64,000 bases of DNA from assembly GCA_934663625.1 (NCBI GenBank), contig CAKUKP010000002.1:726-64725 (forward strand). The letters are read 5' to 3'. Each line of letters opens with the position of its first letter. Positions within the stretch are counted from its first letter, which is position 1. Below are positions 59,754 through 64,000 of this stretch, piece by piece. The notes beneath the pieces were generated by a model. It had not been told where the DNA came from, searched no databases, and worked only from the letters and a program-made list of their open reading frames with translations. A program made the translations under genes and the position numbers. Origin of the DNA: an uncultured Clostridia bacterium. Lineage in GTDB: Bacteria; Bacillota; Clostridia; Christensenellales; Aristaeellaceae.

Positions 59754-60980
59754 CTACAGTCGCCGCGCTTCCAGATAGTAGCGCTTTTCGTTGGCTTCGC
59801 CCATGGAGAAGGTTTTGCGGGGCAGCACGCCGTTTGCGCGCACGTAGGGGAACAGCTGATCCTTTTCAAAACTGCACGGCAGGAACGCGGCGGCATGCTC
59901 CGCCCGCGCCATTTCGCGCACGGTATTCTCGCCGTGGATATAATCGATCTGCGCGCCGGGGTGCGACGCCACATAATCATCCAGGAACGATTGCAGATCG
60001 CGCAGCGGATGATCGGGGTAGGCGTAGCCGCGCTCAAAGCCGTTGTATACGCAGATGACCTCGCGCCCGTCCCGCACGCCGATTCCGGTATCGCGCAGGT
60101 GCGCTTCGTAAGCCGATTGCAGATCGACAGGATCAATGCTGCGCAGAATGCGGTATATCGGTTCGAACCGGATCGCATCGCTGTGCAGATTCACGATTTC
60201 GGCAAGCGCATAGCGCGCGGGATGGCACGCGCGGGCGTATTCCGGCAGCCGTTCGCGGAATTCCAGCCAGTGCGCGCGCGCCGCCGCCAGCGAATGATTA
60301 CCATCGCCCACGGCGAGGAACAGCCCATCGCAGCGATCGTACAGGTTATCCAGCGCATCCTCCAATTCCTGCGCCTGATCGCCCTCAACGCGCCAGCCGC
60401 GGATGTGTCCGCCGTTTTGCATCAGATCAAAATCGTATAAAAGCTCCAGCGCGTCGCGCCGGTCATACAGCTTTTCGATCGCGGATTTATCCGGATCATC
60501 CAGCAGCATCAGCACGTGCGGAAGCTCCAGACATGCGCCGCGGCGCACCTTTACGCGCGGCGGCACGCGTTCAATCACCGTGCCTTCCGTGGCGCGAATC
60601 AGGCTCTGACTGCCGGACGCAAAATCGTACTGCTCCAGATCCAGCGCCGCCATCAGCCCGATGCGCACGCCGGACTGCGTGGCGCGCTCCACCAGCACAT
60701 AGCCGCTGCGCACTTCGATGCGCAGCGCCTGATCATCCAGATAGGCGCGCATGTTCTTCTGCATCTCCTCGGTGTGATCCTGTCCGTCCGCCAGATACGC
60801 CTCCGGCAGCGTAACGCGCAGCGCGGACGGCGCATCACCCACGATTTCCTCCACCTGCCGCCAATATTCCGGCTGGCTCGTATATTGATCCACCGCCACG
60901 ATGGCCCATTTGCTGTAATCTACATTCTTCCGCTTCGAGGGAAGCAAAATTTCCGATCTGTGAATGACAGGGTTTTTCAT
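59754..60980 (-). CDS. DUF1015 family protein
   Basis: MKNPVIHRSEILLP...VAVDQYTSQPEYW...SLIRATEGT...LAVGDGNHSLAAARAHW.. pattern typical of DUF1015. Start at the ATG at 60980, 9 nt after GGAGG; the track ORF is over-extended to 61271. Confidence 0.8.
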   Translation of the reverse strand: MKNPVIHRSEILLPSKRKNVDYSKWAIVAVDQYTSQPEYWRQVEEIVGDAPSALRVTLPEAYLADGQDHTEEMQKNMRAYLDDQALRIEVRSGYVLVERATQSGVRIGLMAALDLEQYDFASGSQSLIRATEGTVIERVPPRVKVRRGACLELPHVLMLLDDPDKSAIEKLYDRRDALELLYDFDLMQNGGHIRGWRVEGDQAQELEDALDNLYDRCDGLFLAVGDGNHSLAAARAHWLEFRERLPEYARACHPARYALAEIVNLHSDAIRFEPIYRILRSIDPVDLQSAYEAHLRDTGIGVRDGREVICVYNGFERGYAYPDHPLRDLQSFLDDYVASHPGAQIDYIHGENTVREMARAEHAAAFLPCSFEKDQLFPYVRANGVLPRKTFSMGEANEKRYYLEARRL

Positions 60981-61058
60981 ATGATTCATCCTCCGTTTGT
61001 ACCGCTGTATACGATTATACACGATCCAACGGCGATTGACAATTGTACAAAACATAAT

Positions 61059-61087
61059 TTGACGCACAATTACCGCTATGTTATAAT
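61059..61087 (+). promoter_or_regulatory. Consensus sigma-A promoter (TTGACG-17-TATAAT) upstream of the 27-codon ORF
   Basis: -35 at 61059-61064, 17-nt spacer, -10 at 61082-61087. Confidence 0.6.
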
Positions 61088-61172
61088 AGCGGTGAAGCCG
61101 AAAGGCTTCCGGCAGGAAGGAAACAGATGGCGCTTGGCTTTTACCCTCCCTATACAAAGGGAGGTGATGATC

Positions 61173-61256
61173 ATGACCGATTACGAAATTCTCGCGATCG
61201 TGCTTTTGATAATCACTTTGGCATTTTCGATACATAACGAAAGCCATAGAAAGTAA
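61173..61256 (+). CDS. 27-aa hydrophobic peptide, candidate type I toxin (holin-like toxin type)
   Basis: MTDYEILAIVLLIITLAFSIHNESHRK. GGGAGG at 61159-61164, 8 nt before the ATG, and pairable with CCTCCC at 61145-61150. One TM helix plus a basic tail. Confidence 0.5.
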   Translation: MTDYEILAIVLLIITLAFSIHNESHRK

Positions 61257-61343
61257 AACTACAGCCGCCATCCAGCGCTAACTGGCAGGCGGCTCAACCC
61301 ACAACGGAGGGGAGAAGCCCAACCAAAAGCGTCATCCCTTCCT
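61255..61343 (-). ncRNA. Candidate antisense RNA convergent on the small ORF
   Basis: Predicted from the minus-strand promoter at 61350-61378. Crosses an imperfect 12-bp hairpin (61264-61293) followed by GUAGUUUUACUUUC, ending at the ORF stop codon. No expression data. Confidence 0.3.
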
Positions 61344-61349
61344 GCTGTT

Positions 61350-61378
61350 ATTATATCACGGTACAGTTTGACTGTCAA
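61350..61378 (-). promoter_or_regulatory. Consensus sigma-A promoter (TTGACA-17-TATAAT) on the minus strand, facing the small ORF
   Basis: -35 at 61373-61378, -10 at 61350-61355. Confidence 0.6.
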
Positions 61379-61429
61379 CGATGAATTTCTGCGCGAGTAT
61401 CCTATTGCGCAGATAAGGAGTGATCGATC

Positions 61430-62311
61430 ATGACTCGACAGGAATTTTCCGATCTTGCGAAGCGCGGGATCGTGCTGCTGGACGGCGCGACGGGATCGAA
61501 TCTGCGCGCGGCGGGTATGCCCGTGGGCGTATGCGTGGAGGACTGGGTGCTATCCCATCCCGATGTGATCATCGATCTGCAAACGCGCTATGCCGACGCG
61601 GGCAGCGATATCATCTATGCGCCCACGTTCGGCGCGAATACGGCGAACCTTTCCATGTACGGCATGGCGGATCGCGCGGCGGACATGAATCGGCGGCTGG
61701 TAGACCTTACGCGCCGCGCGGTGGGCGATCGCGCGCGCATCGCGGGCGATATGACTACGCTGGGCAAGCCCGCAGACGCGCCGGACGGCTATACCTACGA
61801 TGCGATGGTTGAAATCTACGCCGCGCAGGCGCGCGCGCTGTGCGATGCGGGCGTGGATCTGTTCGCGGTGGAAACCATGCTGGGCGTAACCGAATGCTGC
61901 GCCGCCATCGAAGCGATTCGTGCGGAGTGCGATATGCCCATCATCTGCACGCTGACGCTGGACGGCGTGGGCAAGGCGTATTTCGACGGCGACGCGGAAT
62001 CCGCCGCCGCGCATCTGCCCGCCATGGGCGCGGATGCGATCGGCGTAAACTGCGGGCAGGGGCCGGAGCTGTTTGAAAACGTGGTACGGACGCTGGCAAC
62101 CGGCGGCGTGCCCGTGGTCGCCAAGCCGAACGCTGGACTTCCGCAGGTGCAGCCGGACGGTTCCTGCATCTATTCCATGACCCCAACGCGCTTTGCCCGC
62201 GCGATGGGCGCGCTGGTGCGCGCGGGTGCGACCATCATCGGCGGCTGCTGCGGCACGAATCCCGATTATATTTATGCGTTAGCGCAATTTCGCAATATGG
62301 AATTAACGTAA
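61430..62311 (+). CDS. Homocysteine S-methyltransferase domain protein (stand-alone, no cobalamin-binding module)
   Basis: ..VLLDGATGSNL.., ..APTFGAN.., ..GVNCGQGPE.., ..GGCCGTNPDYI (zinc-binding cysteines). 293 aa. Confidence 0.85.
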   Translation: MTRQEFSDLAKRGIVLLDGATGSNLRAAGMPVGVCVEDWVLSHPDVIIDLQTRYADAGSDIIYAPTFGANTANLSMYGMADRAADMNRRLVDLTRRAVGDRARIAGDMTTLGKPADAPDGYTYDAMVEIYAAQARALCDAGVDLFAVETMLGVTECCAAIEAIRAECDMPIICTLTLDGVGKAYFDGDAESAAAHLPAMGADAIGVNCGQGPELFENVVRTLATGGVPVVAKPNAGLPQVQPDGSCIYSMTPTRFARAMGALVRAGATIIGGCCGTNPDYIYALAQFRNMELT

Positions 62312-62381
62312 ATGGGTTATTATGGTGCAAAGGGGCTGCGTGTATGCATCACCCTGAAAATAAGGAAGGACGGGTAACATC

Positions 62382-64000
62382 ATGAAAAAACTTCTTGCAC
62401 TGCTTCTGGTTCTTTCCATGCTTCTGGGCTTCGCCGCGATCGCGGAGGAAGCCGCGCCGGAGCATAGCTCCGTCGTCGTACTCTACACCAACGACGTCCA
62501 TTGCGGCTACGCGGACAACATCGGCTATGCGGGTCTTTCCGCATACAAAAAGGCCTTTGAAAAGGCCGGCAATACCGTGCTGCTGGCGGACTGCGGCGAT
62601 GCGATTCAAGGCGATACCATCGGCACGCTGTCCAAGGGCGAATACATCATCGATATGATGAATTACGTGGGCTACGACGTCGCCACCATCGGCAACCATG
62701 AATTCGATTACGGCATGGATCAGTTCATGGCGCTGACCGAAAAGGCGAATTTCCCCTACGTATCCGCAAACTTTGTGGATAAGGACGGCAATCCCTTCTT
62801 CGATGCGTACAAGATCATCGAAGCGGGCGGCTGGAAGATCGCCTTTGTGGGCGTTTCCACGCCGGAAACCCTGTTCAAATCCAATCCGGTGAACTTCCAG
62901 GATGCGGAAGGCAATTTCATCTATTCCTTCTGCGGCGAAGGCGATGGCAAGGGCGTATACACTGCGGCGCAGAACGCCGTTGACGCGGCGCGCGCAGAGG
63001 GCGCGGACATCGTAATCGCGATCACCCATCTGGGCACGGATGCGGCTTCCATCCCCTTCACCAGCAACGATCTGATCATGAATACCACCGGCATCGATGC
63101 GGTACTGGACGGTCATTCCCATTCCACCTGGGAACAGGAAATGGTAAAGAACGCGGCGAGCGAGGAAGTAATCCTGACCTCCACCGGCACGAAGCTGGAA
63201 AACGTCGGCGCGCTGACCATCGGCTACGATGCGGAAAACGACGTACCTACGCTTTCGACCAAGCTGCACAATGAATCCCTGTTCCAGGATGATGAAACCG
63301 CTGAATTCATCGCGGGCATCGCGGTGCAGTTCGAAGGCCTGCTGAACGAAGTGGTCGCGCATACGGACGTTGATCTGACCACGAAGGATCCCGCCACCGG
63401 CGAACGCATGGTGCGTTCCGGCGAAACCAACCTGGGCGACCTGTGCGCGGACGCATATCTGAATATGCTGGGTGCGGATATCGCCTTCGTCAACGGCGGC
63501 GGCGTGCGCGCGGACATCGCGGCGGGCGATATCACCTACGGCAACATCATCAAGGTGCATCCCTTCGGCAACGAAGCCTGCCTGATTCTAGCGACCGGCC
63601 AGCAGATTCTGGACGCGCTGGAGCTGGGCAGCAGCGGTCTGCCGGGCGAGCTGGGCGGTTTCCTGCAGGTTGCGGGTCTGACCTACGAAGTGGATACCTC
63701 CATTCCCTCCACCGTTGAACAGGATGCAAACGGCGCGTTCACGGGCGTTGCCGGCGAACGCCGCGTAAAGAACGTTCTGGTGAACGGCGAACCGATCGAT
63801 CCCGCGGGCGAATATAAGCTCGCCAGCCATAACTTCATGCTGAAGAACGGCGGCGACGGCTACGCGATGTTCAAGGATGATGAAATCCTGAAGGACTGCG
63901 TGATGATCGATAATCAGGTGCTGATCAACTACATCAAGGATTACCTCGGCGGCGTTGTCGGCGAAGAATACGCCGATCCCTACGGCCAGGGCCGCATCGT
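62382..64000 (+). CDS. Secreted bifunctional metallophosphatase/5'-nucleotidase (3' end outside window)
   Basis: Not in the ORF track (no stop in the window). ATG at 62382. MKKLLALLLVLSMLLGFAAIA signal, ..YTNDVHC.., ..DCGDAIQG.., GNHEFDYG, ..ITHLG.., ..DGHSH.., ..VNGGGVRADI. Confidence 0.85.
   Translation, partial: MKKLLALLLVLSMLLGFAAIAEEAAPEHSSVVVLYTNDVHCGYADNIGYAGLSAYKKAFEKAGNTVLLADCGDAIQGDTIGTLSKGEYIIDMMNYVGYDVATIGNHEFDYGMDQFMALTEKANFPYVSANFVDKDGNPFFDAYKIIEAGGWKIAFVGVSTPETLFKSNPVNFQDAEGNFIYSFCGEGDGKGVYTAAQNAVDAARAEGADIVIAITHLGTDAASIPFTSNDLIMNTTGIDAVLDGHSHSTWEQEMVKNAASEEVILTSTGTKLENVGALTIGYDAENDVPTLSTKLHNESLFQDDETAEFIAGIAVQFEGLLNEVVAHTDVDLTTKDPATGERMVRSGETNLGDLCADAYLNMLGADIAFVNGGGVRADIAAGDITYGNIIKVHPFGNEACLILATGQQILDALELGSSGLPGELGGFLQVAGLTYEVDTSIPSTVEQDANGAFTGVAGERRVKNVLVNGEPIDPAGEYKLASHNFMLKNGGDGYAMFKDDEILKDCVMIDNQVLINYIKDYLGGVVGEEYADPYGQGRI

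Noticed and set aside
61257-61429. SAM riboswitch or T-box leader upstream of the homocysteine methyltransferase gene, and likewise upstream of cysK (52564-52700).
   Set aside because: Conserved SAM-I or T-box core sequences were not seen. The region is instead occupied by the convergent-promoter small-ORF cassette.

Overview
This is a high-GC (roughly 60% by eye) chromosomal segment. Gene content suggests a spore-forming Clostridia genome (spoIIE, an RsfA-like regulator, pyruvate:ferredoxin oxidoreductase). The taxonomy is inferred only from content and composition.

I can support 49 protein-coding genes:
- a partial Fic gene and pyrG
- a long minus-strand operon with 2 SDR oxidoreductases, a ribose-type ABC importer, a DUF5050 protein and an M24 peptidase
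- a coiled-coil plus SWIM zinc-finger pair
- htrA, a DUF378 gene and spoIIE
- nifJ (PFOR)
- a translationally coupled helD / two flavoproteins / HAD::thiamine-pyrophosphokinase operon
- yitT and an acidic exported protein
- two tandem paralogous Cys/His-rich repeat exoproteins
- DUF2148, a nucleotidyltransferase and a DUF5050-YARHG lipoprotein
- an Opp-type peptide ABC operon with oversized OppC and OppA
- a DinD-like gene, and cysK with a divergent Rrf2 regulator
- MarR plus two ABC exporters
- patatin, a low-GC islet with a short GNAT, two cupins and DUF1015
- a stand-alone homocysteine methyltransferase and a partial 5'-nucleotidase

I saw no rRNA, tRNA, CRISPR, transposase, integrase or phage genes.

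The most unusual signals are these:
1. A mosaic family of palindromic repeats lies at three intergenic loci (19.2 kb, 23.2 kb, 32.9-33.8 kb). Its hairpin stems differ between copies by compensatory changes. It includes a 122-nt five-helix core, a 107-nt insert module and a 216-219 nt tandem array. Inverted copies bracket nifJ.
2. A 27-codon hydrophobic ORF sits between two consensus convergent promoters, with its Shine-Dalgarno sequestered in a hairpin (candidate type I toxin-antitoxin).
3. The Cys/His-rich paralog pair shares a near-identical 3' tract. The upstream copy has a long leader that ends in an intrinsic terminator.

Most long ORFs in the track that lie opposite these genes are high-GC shadow ORFs. 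All homology calls come from motif recognition by eye; no database search was possible.
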